The notes: a model not told the origin generated them from the letters alone. Shown: positions 19,471 to 30,264, counted from the first letter of the stretch. The stretch: 64,000 nt of DNA from Myxococcota bacterium (GCA_965247115.1 CBDFGR010000002.1:1536001-1600000), one strand, 5' to 3'. Made by a program: numbers and translations.

Positions 19471-20592
19471 TCAGCAGATGACCCGGGGGATGCGCGGGCC
19501 GATCCGGACCAGGATCTCGTAGGAGATGGTGTCGGCGGCCAGGGCCAGCTCCTCGACACGAAGCTCGAGCGCGGCGCGCCGGCCGAAGAGGAGCACCTCG
19601 TCTCCCTCGTGGCCCTCCCCGACCCGACCCACGTCGACGGTCGCCAGGTCACAAGAGACGCGGCCCACGAGCGGGACGCGTCGGCCGCGATGGCCGACCT
19701 GCAGGCGATTCCCCGCCGCCCGCGGCAGACCGTCCGCGTAGCCGATCGGCAGGGTCAGGATGCGCGTCGCATCCGGCGTCTCGTACGTCCCCCCGTACCC
19801 GATGCGCATGCCCGCAGGGACGTCCTTCGCCAGGCAGACACGCGCACACAGCGTCATCACCGCCTCGAGCGCGTGCCCGCCCTCGAGCGTGGGGTCGGCC
19901 CCGTACAGCGCGAGGCCGGGGCGTACTGCCGTCGTGTCCGGGGTCGCGCCCCGCACGATCCCTGCGGAGTTGTCGATGTGGGTCCACTCCGGCTCGAAGC
20001 CCGCGTCGCGGACCTGCGCGAGGAGCTCCCCGAACAGCTTGCGTTGGCGCTCGGTCACGGCGGACGAAGGATCGTCCGCCTCCGCCAAGTGGCTCATGAC
20101 CCCTTCCAGACCGACCTCCGGGGTCGAGCCCAGACGCTCGAGGATCGGCGTCAGATCCCGCGGCAGGAAGCCCAGGCGTCCCATCCCCGTGTCCAACTTC
20201 AGGTGGACAGGCGCACGCACTCCCGCCCGCTTCGCCGCAGCCGCGACCGCTTCCAGATGCTGCAGGCGCAGCAATGTTGGCACCACCTGAAGGGCCAGCA
20301 GCTCGTCCGCGTGTTGCGGCGTAAGCGGCCCCGCCAGCAGGAGAATCGGTGCTCGGATCGAGGCCTGCCGCAGCTCCCGCGCCTCCTCCAGCGTGACCAC
20401 GGCGAGCGCGTCGCAACCTGCGCGCACGAGGGCATGCGAGACCGGAACGACACCGTGTCCGTAGGCGTTCGCCTTGACGACCGCGATCACGCGTCGGTCC
20501 CGCGCCTGCTGCCGGAGCTGGGCGTAATTCCGCTGCAGCGCGCCGAGGTCGATCTCGGCCCAGGCGCGCGCCTTCTCCTCGGTCACCTTCAC
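19471..20592 (-). CDS. alr: Alanine racemase
   Basis: AVVKANAYGHG (PLP lysine), HLKLDTGMGRLG, RPGLALYG, IGYADG, GRVSCD. Confidence 0.96.
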   Translation of the reverse strand: MKVTEEKARAWAEIDLGALQRNYAQLRQQARDRRVIAVVKANAYGHGVVPVSHALVRAGCDALAVVTLEEARELRQASIRAPILLLAGPLTPQHADELLALQVVPTLLRLQHLEAVAAAAKRAGVRAPVHLKLDTGMGRLGFLPRDLTPILERLGSTPEVGLEGVMSHLAEADDPSSAVTERQRKLFGELLAQVRDAGFEPEWTHIDNSAGIVRGATPDTTAVRPGLALYGADPTLEGGHALEAVMTLCARVCLAKDVPAGMRIGYGGTYETPDATRILTLPIGYADGLPRAAGNRLQVGHRGRRVPLVGRVSCDLATVDVGRVGEGHEGDEVLLFGRRAALELRVEELALAADTISYEILVRIGPRIPRVIC

Positions 20593-20670
20593 GCCCCAGA
20601 CTGTAGGGGCGCCCGCAAGTGGTGTCTTGCGTTTGAACTTCCACACTGCATCGCTTACCGTCGAAACTGG

Positions 20671-20871
20671 ATGAGATTCGAACTCAACGGCGAGTCTCAG
20701 CACGTCCCGGAACCCCTCAGCGTGCGCGATCTGCTGGAACGCTTCGGGCTTGGGAAACGTCGTGTCGCCGTGGCGATCAACGCCGAGGTCGTGCCGAGAT
20801 CTCGGTTCGAGCTGGCCCGGATCCACGAGGGCGATCACATCGAGGTCATCCAGGCCGTCGGAGGCGGATAA
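20671..20871 (+). CDS. thiS: Sulfur carrier protein ThiS
   Basis: 66 aa, [12 protein letters not shown], ends AVGGG; directly before thiG. Confidence 0.95.
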   Translation: MRFELNGESQHVPEPLSVRDLLERFGLGKRRVAVAINAEVVPRSRFELARIHEGDHIEVIQAVGGG

Positions 20872-21650
20872 TGTCCGGGAGCTATCGACTCGGGGATGCC
20901 GAGTTCCACTCGCGCTTGATCATCGGCTCGGGGAAGTACAAGTCTTTCGAGGAGAACCGCCAGGCGCTGGACGAGAGCGGTGCGGAGCTGATTACGGTCG
21001 CCGTGCGCCGTATCGATCTCTCGAGCCGCGACGCCGGCTCCCTGCTCGATTACATCCCACCGGACCAGTTCCAGCTGCTGCCGAACACGGCCGGCTGCTA
21101 CACCGCGAAGGAGGCCGTCACCACCGCCCAGCTGGCTCGCGAGCTCCTCGACACCCCACTCGTCAAGCTCGAGGTGATCGGCGACGAGCGTACGCTGTTC
21201 CCCGACACTAGCGAGACGCTGGAGGCGGCCCGGATCCTGATCGCGGAAGGCTTCACCGTGCTGCCGTATATCACCGACGATCCGGTGGCCTGCCTCAGGC
21301 TCGAAGAGCTGGGCTGTGCTGCAGTCATGCCGCTGGGGGCGCCAATCGGCTCCGGCCTCGGAATCCGCAACCCGACGAACATTCGCATCATCCTGGAGAG
21401 CGTCAGCGTCCCGGTCATTGTAGATGCTGGTGTGGGCACGGCCTCCGATGCCGCGATCGCTATGGAGCTCGGCTGTACCGCGGTCCTGATGAACACCGGA
21501 ATCGCCGCGGCGAAGGACCCCCTCAAGATGGCGCGCGCAATGCGTCTGGCGGTGGAGAGCGGGCGCATGGCCTACGAGGCCGGGCGCATGCCGAGCCGAC
21601 TCTACGCCCAGGCCTCCAGTCCCATGGAGGGGCGAATCGACGTACCGTGA
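20871..21650 (+). CDS. thiG: Thiazole synthase
   Basis: [33 protein letters not shown]. Confidence 0.97.
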   Translation: MSGSYRLGDAEFHSRLIIGSGKYKSFEENRQALDESGAELITVAVRRIDLSSRDAGSLLDYIPPDQFQLLPNTAGCYTAKEAVTTAQLARELLDTPLVKLEVIGDERTLFPDTSETLEAARILIAEGFTVLPYITDDPVACLRLEELGCAAVMPLGAPIGSGLGIRNPTNIRIILESVSVPVIVDAGVGTASDAAIAMELGCTAVLMNTGIAAAKDPLKMARAMRLAVESGRMAYEAGRMPSRLYAQASSPMEGRIDVP

Positions 21651-22270
21651 TCCCGCGCCTCTGCTACATCACAGATGCCGAGCGAGGGACCGGCGGGCGC
21701 CCGCTGGCACAAGTGCTGAAGGACTCGGCCCGCGGCGGAGTGGAGCTCGTGGTGCTGAGAGAGCCCCAGCTAGAGGGCAGCGAATGGGAGGCTCTCTTGC
21801 AGCAGATCGCCCCGCTGCGCGAGGAGGGGCTCAGAGTGGTCGCCAGTCGCCGCTTGGACGTGGCTAGAGCCTGCGAGCTGGATGGCGTCCACCTGGCGGC
21901 CGACGCGATCAGCGTAGCCGAGGCTCGCGCCTGGCTGGGGCCGGGGGCCCTGATCGGATATTCGGCCCACTCGGGCAGCGAGGCTCGCGACGCTGCCGCC
22001 GCCGGCGCAAGCTATGTGACACTTTCGCCGATCTACCAGACAGCGTCCAAACCCGGGACTGCCGGTCGGGGCTGCGCCTGGCTGGCGCAAGAGCTGCGGG
22101 AGGTGGAACTTCCCGTACTCGCACTCGGCGGCCTGACACCGGAACGCACACCGGAGGTGCTGGAGGCCGGAGCCTGGGGCGTCGCGGCAGTGTCCGCGAT
22201 CGGCGCGGCTCCGGACGTCAGGGCGGCCGTCGGTGAATTTCAGAACGCACTCAAGGAGAACGCACCATGA
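21647..22270 (+). CDS. thiE: Thiamine-phosphate synthase (ThiE/TenI family)
   Basis: [28 protein letters not shown]; in the thi operon. Confidence 0.8.
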   Translation: MIPRLCYITDAERGTGGRPLAQVLKDSARGGVELVVLREPQLEGSEWEALLQQIAPLREEGLRVVASRRLDVARACELDGVHLAADAISVAEARAWLGPGALIGYSAHSGSEARDAAAAGASYVTLSPIYQTASKPGTAGRGCAWLAQELREVELPVLALGGLTPERTPEVLEAGAWGVAAVSAIGAAPDVRAAVGEFQNALKENAP

Positions 22271-23721
22271 CTCGCGCCTCACTCCTCGTACCGTTCGTCG
22301 CGAGCTTGGTCGGCTGCACAAGCCTGCCGAGCGCGCTCGCGAACGATCCGCTGGAGGCCCTGCAGACCCGGGTCATCGACGTCAACCACGCGGCGAGCCC
22401 CTCCGTCGTCCACATCGAGGCGGCGCTCAAGGTCAACAACCGGCGCAAGCTGGTGACAGGCTCCGGCTTCATTACCCATCCCGAGGGCATCGTGGTGACA
22501 AACGAGCACGTGGTCGAGCGGGCGCAGAAGGTCACCGTCCTGGTTCCTGGACGCGAGGGTCGCTATGCGGCGCAGGTCGTGGGAACGGACAAGCAGACGG
22601 ACCTCGCGGTCCTGCGCATCGAGCCGCGCGAGGGGGAGCCGCCTTTCGCCGCAGCCGCACTCGGTGACTCCGACCAGCTGCGCGTTGGGGAGTGGGTGAT
22701 CGCGATCGGAAATCCCTACGGGCTGGAAGGGACGGTCTCGCTTGGGATCGTGTCGGCCAAGGGCCGGGATCTGAAAGAAGGGAATCTGCTGAACGACTTC
22801 ATCCAGACGGACGCCATGATCGATCACGGCTCGTCGGGCGGACCTTTGCTCGATCTGGACGGGCTGGTCGTAGGCGTGAATTCCCGCGGCCAGGGTCGCG
22901 GCATCGGCTTCACCATCCCCATCAACACGGCCAAGCAGGTCGCGGCCGATCTGCTGGGCGAGGGGCGCATCGCGCGCGGCTATCTCGGCGTGTCCATTCA
23001 GCCGCTCGATCGCGAGCTCGCCCGCTACTGGGGCATCGAGCAGATCCACGGCGTGATCGTCGGCGCGGTGACGCACCAATCGCCTGCCCAGAATGCCGGG
23101 CTCCACGTGGGCGACATCATCACGCGCTTCGACGGCGAGGAGATCCGCGCGGAGAAGGACGAGGACATGGGCCAGTTCCAGCGCCTGATCGCGGCCATGC
23201 AGGCGGGGGAGGAGGTCGCGATCGACGTATTGCGCGGTGGTGAGCACAAGACCGTTACCGCGACGCTGAGCGCCCAGCCCAAGGTCGTACCCGATGAGGA
23301 AGAGACCGAGCTCGGCTTCACCGCCCAGGAGGTGACCGAGATCCTCTATCGATCCCACCGTCTCGAGCAACGCTCCGGGGTGCTCTGCTCCTTCGTCGAG
23401 CGCGGCTCGGAGGCGGCTGAGGCGGGCATGGCACCTGGAGACCTGATCGTGGAGGTCGAGGGGGTCGAGATCCGCGACATCGAGGAGTTCCGGCAGGCGA
23501 TGAGGGACCTGCGTCCTGGCACTCCGTTCCTGATCCGGGCGCTGCGTGGCGACAACATGCGGTACATGCTGGTCGTGCCGCGTTCCGGCGACTTCCGGGC
23601 CGCAAGCGCGAGACCCGAGCGGCAGCTTGCGCGCAAGATCGATGTGCGAGCCAGAGACGAGGGCGGGGAGGGAACAGATCTTGCGCAGTCATCCTCTGAA
23701 GGCAGGCGGATCACCAAATAG
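22267..23721 (+). CDS. HtrA/DegP-like serine protease with 2 PDZ domains, putative lipoprotein
   Basis: TNEHVV, DLAVL, TDAMIDHGSSGGPL; LVGC lipobox-like. Confidence 0.9.
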   Translation: MTRASLLVPFVASLVGCTSLPSALANDPLEALQTRVIDVNHAASPSVVHIEAALKVNNRRKLVTGSGFITHPEGIVVTNEHVVERAQKVTVLVPGREGRYAAQVVGTDKQTDLAVLRIEPREGEPPFAAAALGDSDQLRVGEWVIAIGNPYGLEGTVSLGIVSAKGRDLKEGNLLNDFIQTDAMIDHGSSGGPLLDLDGLVVGVNSRGQGRGIGFTIPINTAKQVAADLLGEGRIARGYLGVSIQPLDRELARYWGIEQIHGVIVGAVTHQSPAQNAGLHVGDIITRFDGEEIRAEKDEDMGQFQRLIAAMQAGEEVAIDVLRGGEHKTVTATLSAQPKVVPDEEETELGFTAQEVTEILYRSHRLEQRSGVLCSFVERGSEAAEAGMAPGDLIVEVEGVEIRDIEEFRQAMRDLRPGTPFLIRALRGDNMRYMLVVPRSGDFRAASARPERQLARKIDVRARDEGGEGTDLAQSSSEGRRITK

Positions 23722-23755
23722 GGCGGCGGAGCCCGCCGTCAAAGGGACTGGCCCG

Positions 23756-25111
23756 ATGAAGAGCACCCTACTCGCTTGGGTCGTCCTTCCGATCCTCGCG
23801 ATCGGGAGCACGGCTGTAGCCGACGTCGACACGCGCCGCACCCCCATTGTGAAGGCCGTAGAGCGCGTTGGCCCAGCCACAGTGAACATCACCTCGACCC
23901 AGGAGGTGCGCCAGCGGGCCAATCCCTTCTTCAGCTCGGACCCGTTCATCGAGAAGTTCTTCGGCACCTTCCTCGATCCCCGGCGCCGAACGGTCAGCAG
24001 CCTGGGTACCGGCCTCATCATCGGGCCAGAGGGCCAGGTGCTGACGAACGAGCACGTCCTGGCCGGCGCGACACAGATCCACGTCGTGCTCGCCGACGGG
24101 CGCGAGTTCGACGCCGAGCTCATCGGCGCGGACCCGGAGACGGACCTCGCGGTCGTGCAGATCAGCGCGGACGAGCCGCTGCCCTTCGTGGAGCTCGGGA
24201 GCTCGGAGGATCTGCTGATTGGCGAGACCGTGATCGCGATCGGGAACCCTTTCGGCCTGCACCACACGGTAACAACCGGCGTGCTCTCAGCGGAGAACCG
24301 CTCGATCCGCGCGGGCGACCGCGAGTACCACGGGTTCCTGCAGACCGACGCAAGTATCAACCCAGGGAACTCGGGCGGACCGCTGCTCAACATCGACGGC
24401 GACGTGATCGCCATCAATACCGCCATCTTTCGCGAGGCGGAGGGAATCGGCTTTGCCATCCCGATAGACAGGGCGAAGCGGGTCGTCGACGACCTCTTGA
24501 CCCACGGCGAGGTCATTCCGGTCTGGCTGGGCCTTCGCCTGCAAGACCTCACCCAGAGCCTCCGCGACGCGTTCACTGCCCGCGCGACGGGCGGCGTCCT
24601 GATTACGCACGTCTTCGCTGACTCCCCCGCGCAGCGCGCGAAGCTGCGCCGTGGCGACATCCTGCTCGAGCTGGATGGGACGAAGATCGGCACCGCGCGC
24701 AACTACTTCGAGGTCCTGGCCGGGCTGACCGATGGGGACCGCGCCGAGCTCGTGATCGACCGCGGGGGAGATCAACATCGGCAGGAGACGCACGCTGAGA
24801 TCTTTCCGGAGAGCAGGGCCGACGAGCTGGCTCAGATCCTTCTCGGTGTGGAAGTTGCGGAGATAGACAGTGAGCCGGGGGCCCGCCGCCGGGGCAACCG
24901 CGGCCTCGTAGTGCGGCGTGTCATCCCCCGTAGCTCAGCGGATTACAAGAGGATTCGACCAGGCGATGTGATCCTGAAGATCGACCAGGACCCGGTCGAG
25001 GATCGTGTTGCCTTTCGCAAGGCGATTACTAAGCTTCGCGGACGTGGACAGGTGCTCCTTCTCGTCCAGCGCGAGCGCTATGGCTACTACGTGACCCTGG
25101 ATCTGTCCTAG
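23756..25111 (+). CDS. HtrA/DegQ-like serine protease with 2 PDZ domains
   Basis: Signal peptide; TNEHV, DLAV, TDASINPGNSGGPL. Confidence 0.93.
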   Translation: MKSTLLAWVVLPILAIGSTAVADVDTRRTPIVKAVERVGPATVNITSTQEVRQRANPFFSSDPFIEKFFGTFLDPRRRTVSSLGTGLIIGPEGQVLTNEHVLAGATQIHVVLADGREFDAELIGADPETDLAVVQISADEPLPFVELGSSEDLLIGETVIAIGNPFGLHHTVTTGVLSAENRSIRAGDREYHGFLQTDASINPGNSGGPLLNIDGDVIAINTAIFREAEGIGFAIPIDRAKRVVDDLLTHGEVIPVWLGLRLQDLTQSLRDAFTARATGGVLITHVFADSPAQRAKLRRGDILLELDGTKIGTARNYFEVLAGLTDGDRAELVIDRGGDQHRQETHAEIFPESRADELAQILLGVEVAEIDSEPGARRRGNRGLVVRRVIPRSSADYKRIRPGDVILKIDQDPVEDRVAFRKAITKLRGRGQVLLLVQRERYGYYVTLDLS

Positions 25112-25130
25112 ACCGCAGGAGAGGAATTCG

Positions 25131-26579
25131 ATGAGACACGGCAAGGTTCTGGCGGCGATCGGCTTCGCGTTTGGGGGATTGCTGATCCTCACCCAACCGC
25201 TGGGCCTGGAGCTGCGGCTGAGCGAAAAGAGTGCCCACGCCCGCGTCGCGGGCGACGCCTTCTGGACGGACGGACAACCCGGCCCCACGCTCGGCAGGCC
25301 CGACTCGGTGGCGGATCTGGCCGAGGCCCTGTCTCCCGCGGTCGTGAACATCAAAACGGAGCGGAAGAGCAGCGCTCGCAGTCCCGACATCTTCGAGGAG
25401 TTCTTCGGGCGCCGCCGTCCTCGGGGAGGACCGCCTCCACAGTTCCGCACCGACGCGACGGGCTCGGGCTTCGTAATCTCCGAGGACGGCTACATCGTGA
25501 CGAACAACCACGTGGTGGAGGGAGCCGACAAGATCGTTGTGGTGCTGGACAACGGAGAGGAGCTCGATGCGGAGATCGTCGGTCGTGACCCGGAGACGGA
25601 CCTGGCGTTGCTCAAGATAGACGCCGATCACGAGCTCAACGTCGCACCGCTAGGTGACTCCGACGCCATCCGCGTCGGCGATTGGCTCATGGCGATCGGC
25701 AATCCCTTCGGACTCGATCACACGGTTACCCTCGGCATCCTGTCCGCGCGCGGCCGCAACATCAACGCAGGAAGGTACGACGACTTCCTGCAGACCGACG
25801 CGAGCATAAATCCTGGCAACTCGGGTGGACCGCTGTTCGACATGCGCGGGCGCGTGATCGGGATCAACACGGCAATCAACCAGAACGGTCAGGGCATCGG
25901 CTTTGCCATCCCGATCAACATGGCGAAGGATCTGCTCCCTCAGCTGCGCGCCGTGGGCGCGGTGACGCGAGGCTGGCTCGGTGTGCAGATTCAGCGCGTG
26001 AACCCGGCCCTGGCGAAGAGCTTCGGGCTCGATGAGCCGCGCGGCGCCCTCATCTCCATGGTCTTCGAGGACGGGCCGGCGGACAAGGCCCGGATCAAGC
26101 GCGGCGACGTGATCGTCGAGTTCGACGGCTCCGCGATCGACGAGTTCAACGACCTTCCGAGAATCGTGGCGAATACCGCTCCCGAGAGCGAGGTCTCGGT
26201 CAAGGTGCTGCGCGACGGTAAGGCCAAGACCCTCAAGGCAAGGCTCGGCAAGCTGGAGGAGGACCAGGTCCAGCTGGCATCGACCGAGCGCCACGATTCC
26301 GAGTGGGGCTTCGAGGTGGAGGCCCTGACCAGCGACATCGTGGAGAGGCTCGATCTGGACAAGGACCTGTCCGGCGTCCTGGTAACGGGCGTCGATCCCG
26401 AGTCAGGTGCCTACGATGAGGGGCTGCGCCAGGGCGACATCATTCTCGAGGTGAACCGCACCGAGGTCTCCCGGCCCGACCAGGTGACCCGGGCGCTCGA
26501 GAAGGAAGACGAGCACGCCGTGCTTCTCGTGCAGCGAGGCGAGGCGACGCTGTATCTCGCGATCGAGCGGGAGCGGTAG
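25131..26579 (+). CDS. DegP/DegQ (Do family) serine protease with 2 PDZ domains
   Basis: TNNHVV, DLALL, TDASINPGNSGGPL, RGWLGVQIQ. Confidence 0.95.
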   Translation: MRHGKVLAAIGFAFGGLLILTQPLGLELRLSEKSAHARVAGDAFWTDGQPGPTLGRPDSVADLAEALSPAVVNIKTERKSSARSPDIFEEFFGRRRPRGGPPPQFRTDATGSGFVISEDGYIVTNNHVVEGADKIVVVLDNGEELDAEIVGRDPETDLALLKIDADHELNVAPLGDSDAIRVGDWLMAIGNPFGLDHTVTLGILSARGRNINAGRYDDFLQTDASINPGNSGGPLFDMRGRVIGINTAINQNGQGIGFAIPINMAKDLLPQLRAVGAVTRGWLGVQIQRVNPALAKSFGLDEPRGALISMVFEDGPADKARIKRGDVIVEFDGSAIDEFNDLPRIVANTAPESEVSVKVLRDGKAKTLKARLGKLEEDQVQLASTERHDSEWGFEVEALTSDIVERLDLDKDLSGVLVTGVDPESGAYDEGLRQGDIILEVNRTEVSRPDQVTRALEKEDEHAVLLVQRGEATLYLAIERER

Positions 26580-26582
26580 GGC

Positions 26583-27251
26583 TCAGCGCGCAATCAGCAG
26601 TCGGATCCGATTGCCTGCCTTCTCGGAGTGGTCGGCGAGGTCCCCGATCCACCCAATGATTTGGTACCAGAACACCACGGTGACCGGTGCGAGCGTATCC
26701 TCGAGCGTGAAGAGCTCTCTTCGGAGCGAGCCTTCCAGCTGGTCACAGTTCTCTTCCAGAGCGCCGAGGTCCTCGATCATCCGCGCGACGTAGTCCGCCT
26801 CTCGACCCCGAAAGCCGGTCTCGATCAGCTCGTCCAGCTCATCGACGACCGTCGCGACCTTCTCGCACGCCAGCACCACCTCGCGTGAGAGCTGGATCAG
26901 AATCGCCTTCATGGACTCGGGCACGCTCATCTGGCGCTCGACCAGCAAGCCGGCAACGTCCTGAGCGATGTCTGCGATGGAGTCCTGTACGTCGAGGATC
27001 TCGAGCAAGTCACGCCGGTCGACCGGCAGCAGCAGGCGACGCGGCAAGTGGGCGCGCAGATCGTTCTTGAGCTTGTCCGCCTCGCCTTCGAGCTCATCGA
27101 TTTGCCGCTCCAAGCTGCGCACGCGTTCCATGTCATCCTCGCAGAGTGCGAGGACGAGCGGCGGCACCCGGCGGGCACACTCGAGCACCACGTGCATGTG
27201 TTCCTGTAGAGGCTTGAACGGAGACTTTGCAAAGAGATCGAGAAACGCCAT
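26583..27251 (-). CDS. DUF47/TIGR00153 phosphate transport regulator
   Basis: SPFKPLQEHM, LE.EAD..K..LR.HLP, QD.IAD; adjacent to PiT. Confidence 0.9.
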   Translation of the reverse strand: MAFLDLFAKSPFKPLQEHMHVVLECARRVPPLVLALCEDDMERVRSLERQIDELEGEADKLKNDLRAHLPRRLLLPVDRRDLLEILDVQDSIADIAQDVAGLLVERQMSVPESMKAILIQLSREVVLACEKVATVVDELDELIETGFRGREADYVARMIEDLGALEENCDQLEGSLRRELFTLEDTLAPVTVVFWYQIIGWIGDLADHSEKAGNRIRLLIAR

Positions 27252-27263
27252 CTCGTACGCCTC

Positions 27264-28505
27264 CTAGGCGGTCAGCAGACCCCGGTAGAAGTAGAAGAAG
27301 AAGATCGCGAGTCCCGCGCCCACGGGCAGGGTCACCACCCACGCCAGAACGATGGTTCCGATCACCCGAAAGTCGATCGCGGCGATCCCTCGCGCGAGCC
27401 CCACCCCGAGAACGGCGCCGACGAGAGTGTGGGTCGTCGAGACGGGCAGGCCGAAGCGGCTGGCAATCACGATCGTGGTCGCGGCGGCGAACTCCGCTGC
27501 ATAGCCGCGGGTCGGGGTGAGCTCGGTGATTTTCTCTCCGATCGTGAGCATCACGCGGTAGCCGAGAGTCGCGAGCCCCACGACGATACCAGCGCCTCCG
27601 ACCAGCAACAGCCAGCCTGGAACGGGCGACTCGGCCTCGATGAGGCCCCCCTGAGCCGTCTCGATTACCGCCGCCATGGGCCCGATCGCATTCGCCACGT
27701 CGTTGGAGCCGTGCGCGAAAGCCACGGCGCAGGCGCTCATCACCTGCAATGAGCCGAACATGCGCTCGACCGTAGCAAAGTGGAAGCTGCGATCAGCGTT
27801 CGGGTCGGGCTGAAGCCGGCGCAGCAGCAGGGCCGCAACAACCGCCCCGAGCACCCCGAGAACCCCGGTAATGGTCAGGGCCTGCGGCAGGCTGAAGTCA
27901 TTCCAGTTCTTCAGACCCTTGAACAATGTCACCATGCCGATCACCGCGATCACGGCAAAGACGTACAGCGGTCCCCACCTCTTAACCTCCCGCACAGGAT
28001 CTTCGCGATCCAGGATCAACCAGCGGGTACCCGTGAAGATGATGAAGGCCAGAGAGCCGGACAGAAGCGGCGAGACGACCCACGACACCGTGATCCGGCC
28101 GAGCTTGGCCCACTCCACGGCATCCCAGCCCAGCGCGACCGCTCCGAATCCCGCAATGGCCCCGACGATCGAGTGCGTCGTGGACACGGGCCAGCCTAGA
28201 CGCGACGCGATGAGGAGCCAGGTGCCGGCGGCCGTAAGGGCCGCGAGCATCCCGGCGATCAGCACGTCCGGACGTTCTCCGACCACTGCCGGATCCAGGA
28301 TCCCGCCTCGGATCGTCTTTGTGACGTGCCCACCGACGAGGTACGCGCCGGCGAACTCGAGGACGGCGGCGACGACGATCGCCTGCCGGATGGTCAGCGC
28401 GCGCGAGCCGACCGACGTTCCCATGGCGTTCGCGACATCGTTGGCGCCGATCGAGAACGCAGTATAGAGACCGAGCGCAATCGCCAGACCAATGACGAGG
28501 TCCAA
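27264..28505 (-). CDS. pitA: PiT family inorganic phosphate transporter
   Basis: GANDVANA, PVSTTH (twice), HGSNDVANA. Confidence 0.93.
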   Translation of the reverse strand: MDLVIGLAIALGLYTAFSIGANDVANAMGTSVGSRALTIRQAIVVAAVLEFAGAYLVGGHVTKTIRGGILDPAVVGERPDVLIAGMLAALTAAGTWLLIASRLGWPVSTTHSIVGAIAGFGAVALGWDAVEWAKLGRITVSWVVSPLLSGSLAFIIFTGTRWLILDREDPVREVKRWGPLYVFAVIAVIGMVTLFKGLKNWNDFSLPQALTITGVLGVLGAVVAALLLRRLQPDPNADRSFHFATVERMFGSLQVMSACAVAFAHGSNDVANAIGPMAAVIETAQGGLIEAESPVPGWLLLVGGAGIVVGLATLGYRVMLTIGEKITELTPTRGYAAEFAAATTIVIASRFGLPVSTTHTLVGAVLGVGLARGIAAIDFRVIGTIVLAWVVTLPVGAGLAIFFFYFYRGLLTA

Positions 28506-28606
28506 CTCTTCCCCCTCCTGGAGAACTCGGCGCCAACTTACCCGATTGCCCTTTCGTAGGAAAGCTCGCTCAGCAGAGCCGACTTGCCTGGGCTACTGTC
28601 AGGGCA

Positions 28607-29386
28607 ATGGGCGCGCTCGGCTCGTTTACGTCCCTCATACGTAGTATCGCCTGCTGGCCGCTGATCGTGCTGTCCACGCTGTACTACTGCACCACCGCGA
28701 TCATCATGGCGTTGCGGGGCCGGACCCCCGAAGACATTCACCGCGCCTACCTTGGCTTTGCAAGGCTCTGCATGCGCGTGGCGGACACACGTATGACAAT
28801 CCACGGCGCAGAGCAGCTCGGTCCGGATGAAGCATACGTCGTGGTGTCGAACCATGAGAGCAACTGGGACTCGCCTATACTCATCGCAGCGTTTCCACAG
28901 CTCTGCATCAGGTTCGTGGCAAAGAAACAGCTGCTGCAGATCCCGGTCTTCGGTCGGGCGCTTCGAGTCTCGGGCAACATCATCGTCGACAGGGATCGAC
29001 GCGGTACGGACCTGAAGCGGATCGATCAGCAGATGAGCGTTCGCGCCTCGAACGTGTCGATCCTGTTCTTCGCCGAGGGCCGACGATCGCGCGACGGGTC
29101 TTTCCACGCCTTCAAGATGGGAGCCTTTGCCACTGCACTCTCGCACGGGCTCCCGATCTTGCCAGTGGCCGTTGCGGGCCCGCGGAGGCTATGGCCCCCA
29201 GGAGGCCTGAGGATTCGGCCGGGTCCGGTGGCGATCGAGGTAGGCGCGCCCATTCCGGTAGACGGACTCGAGTTCGCTGATCGGCAGGCACTTCGCGACC
29301 AGACGCGTGAGCTCATCGGCAAGCTTCGCGCGCGAGCCCGAGAGCGGCTGCGCGACATGGACGTGGACCCCGGGGGGATCGATTAG
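28607..29386 (+). CDS. plsC: 1-acyl-sn-glycerol-3-phosphate acyltransferase
   Basis: NHESNWD (HxxxxD), FAEGRRS, FKMGAF. Confidence 0.88.
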   Translation: MGALGSFTSLIRSIACWPLIVLSTLYYCTTAIIMALRGRTPEDIHRAYLGFARLCMRVADTRMTIHGAEQLGPDEAYVVVSNHESNWDSPILIAAFPQLCIRFVAKKQLLQIPVFGRALRVSGNIIVDRDRRGTDLKRIDQQMSVRASNVSILFFAEGRRSRDGSFHAFKMGAFATALSHGLPILPVAVAGPRRLWPPGGLRIRPGPVAIEVGAPIPVDGLEFADRQALRDQTRELIGKLRARARERLRDMDVDPGGID

Positions 29387-29402
29387 GGTAGAATCCGGCC
29401 CC

Positions 29403-30260
29403 ATGCAGCCCAGCACCCGTCGCGCTCCCGGCAAGGACGGCATAGAGATCAACGTCATCGAGTGGAGTACCGCAGGTACGCCACTCGTCTTCGTTCACGG
29501 GTTTGGCAACGACGCACATGTATGGGACGACATCGCTCCGATCATGGCGCCCCACTACCGTGTGGTCTGCCTCGATCTGCGCGGACATGGTGATTCCGGA
29601 CGCGATCCCGACGCTGACTACCACCCGGACAGCATGGCTACCGACCTGGAGTGTGTCTTCGATTCGCTTGGCATCGAACGGCTGGTGCTCGTCGGTCACT
29701 CGCTGGGCGGACGCGTCTCGATGCACTACGCCGGACGCAACCTGGAGAGGCTGGCCGGACTCGTGATCGTCGATACGGGACCGGAGCACGATCCGCGCGG
29801 AGCCACGCGGATCAGCATGGACATCCAGCAGAGCTCGCACAGCTATGACTCGATCCGGGAATACGAGCGGGTACTCGTCCGCCAGTACCCCGTAACGCCG
29901 CCGGAGGCACTGTCTCGCCTGGCCAGGGAGTGGCTACGCGAGCGTCCGGACGGGCGCTTCGAGCTGAAGCTCGATCCGAACCTGATGAAGGGGCGCGCAC
30001 GTGCCTCGGAGCCGGAGCAGGAGAAGCGCTCCCGCGAGGATACGGAGTTGCTGTGGGAGACGCTGAAGAAGCTGCCCTGCCCCACCCTGGTAGTGCGTGG
30101 CGCGGCTTCGGACATTCTGGATGCGGATACCGCGGACAGGATGGTGGACGAGGCAATTCCGAATGGGAAGTTGGCGGTGATCGGGCGTGCCGGGCATTCG
30201 GTGATGCTGGATAACCCGGGGGAGTTCGAGAAGGTTTTTTGCGACTTCGTGTTGGGGTGA
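29403..30260 (+). CDS. Alpha/beta hydrolase
   Basis: HGFG, DLRGHG, GHSLGG nucleophile, AGHSV. Confidence 0.9.
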   Translation: MQPSTRRAPGKDGIEINVIEWSTAGTPLVFVHGFGNDAHVWDDIAPIMAPHYRVVCLDLRGHGDSGRDPDADYHPDSMATDLECVFDSLGIERLVLVGHSLGGRVSMHYAGRNLERLAGLVIVDTGPEHDPRGATRISMDIQQSSHSYDSIREYERVLVRQYPVTPPEALSRLAREWLRERPDGRFELKLDPNLMKGRARASEPEQEKRSREDTELLWETLKKLPCPTLVVRGAASDILDADTADRMVDEAIPNGKLAVIGRAGHSVMLDNPGEFEKVFCDFVLG

Positions 30261-30264
30261 GGTC

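Noticed and set aside
20593..20670. TPP riboswitch upstream of thiS
   Set aside because: The gap is only about 80 bp, is occupied by two divergent promoter-like boxes and has no CTGAGA core
23722..23740. Intrinsic terminator between the first and second HtrA genes
   Set aside because: A GC hairpin is present but has no U-tract on the coding strand; it may only be an mRNA stability element
20671..26579. Ubiquitin-like tagging and degradation system (ThiS plus proteases)
   Set aside because: ThiS is explained by the adjacent thiG and thiE; no E1, E2 or JAB genes are present, and the HtrAs carry export signals
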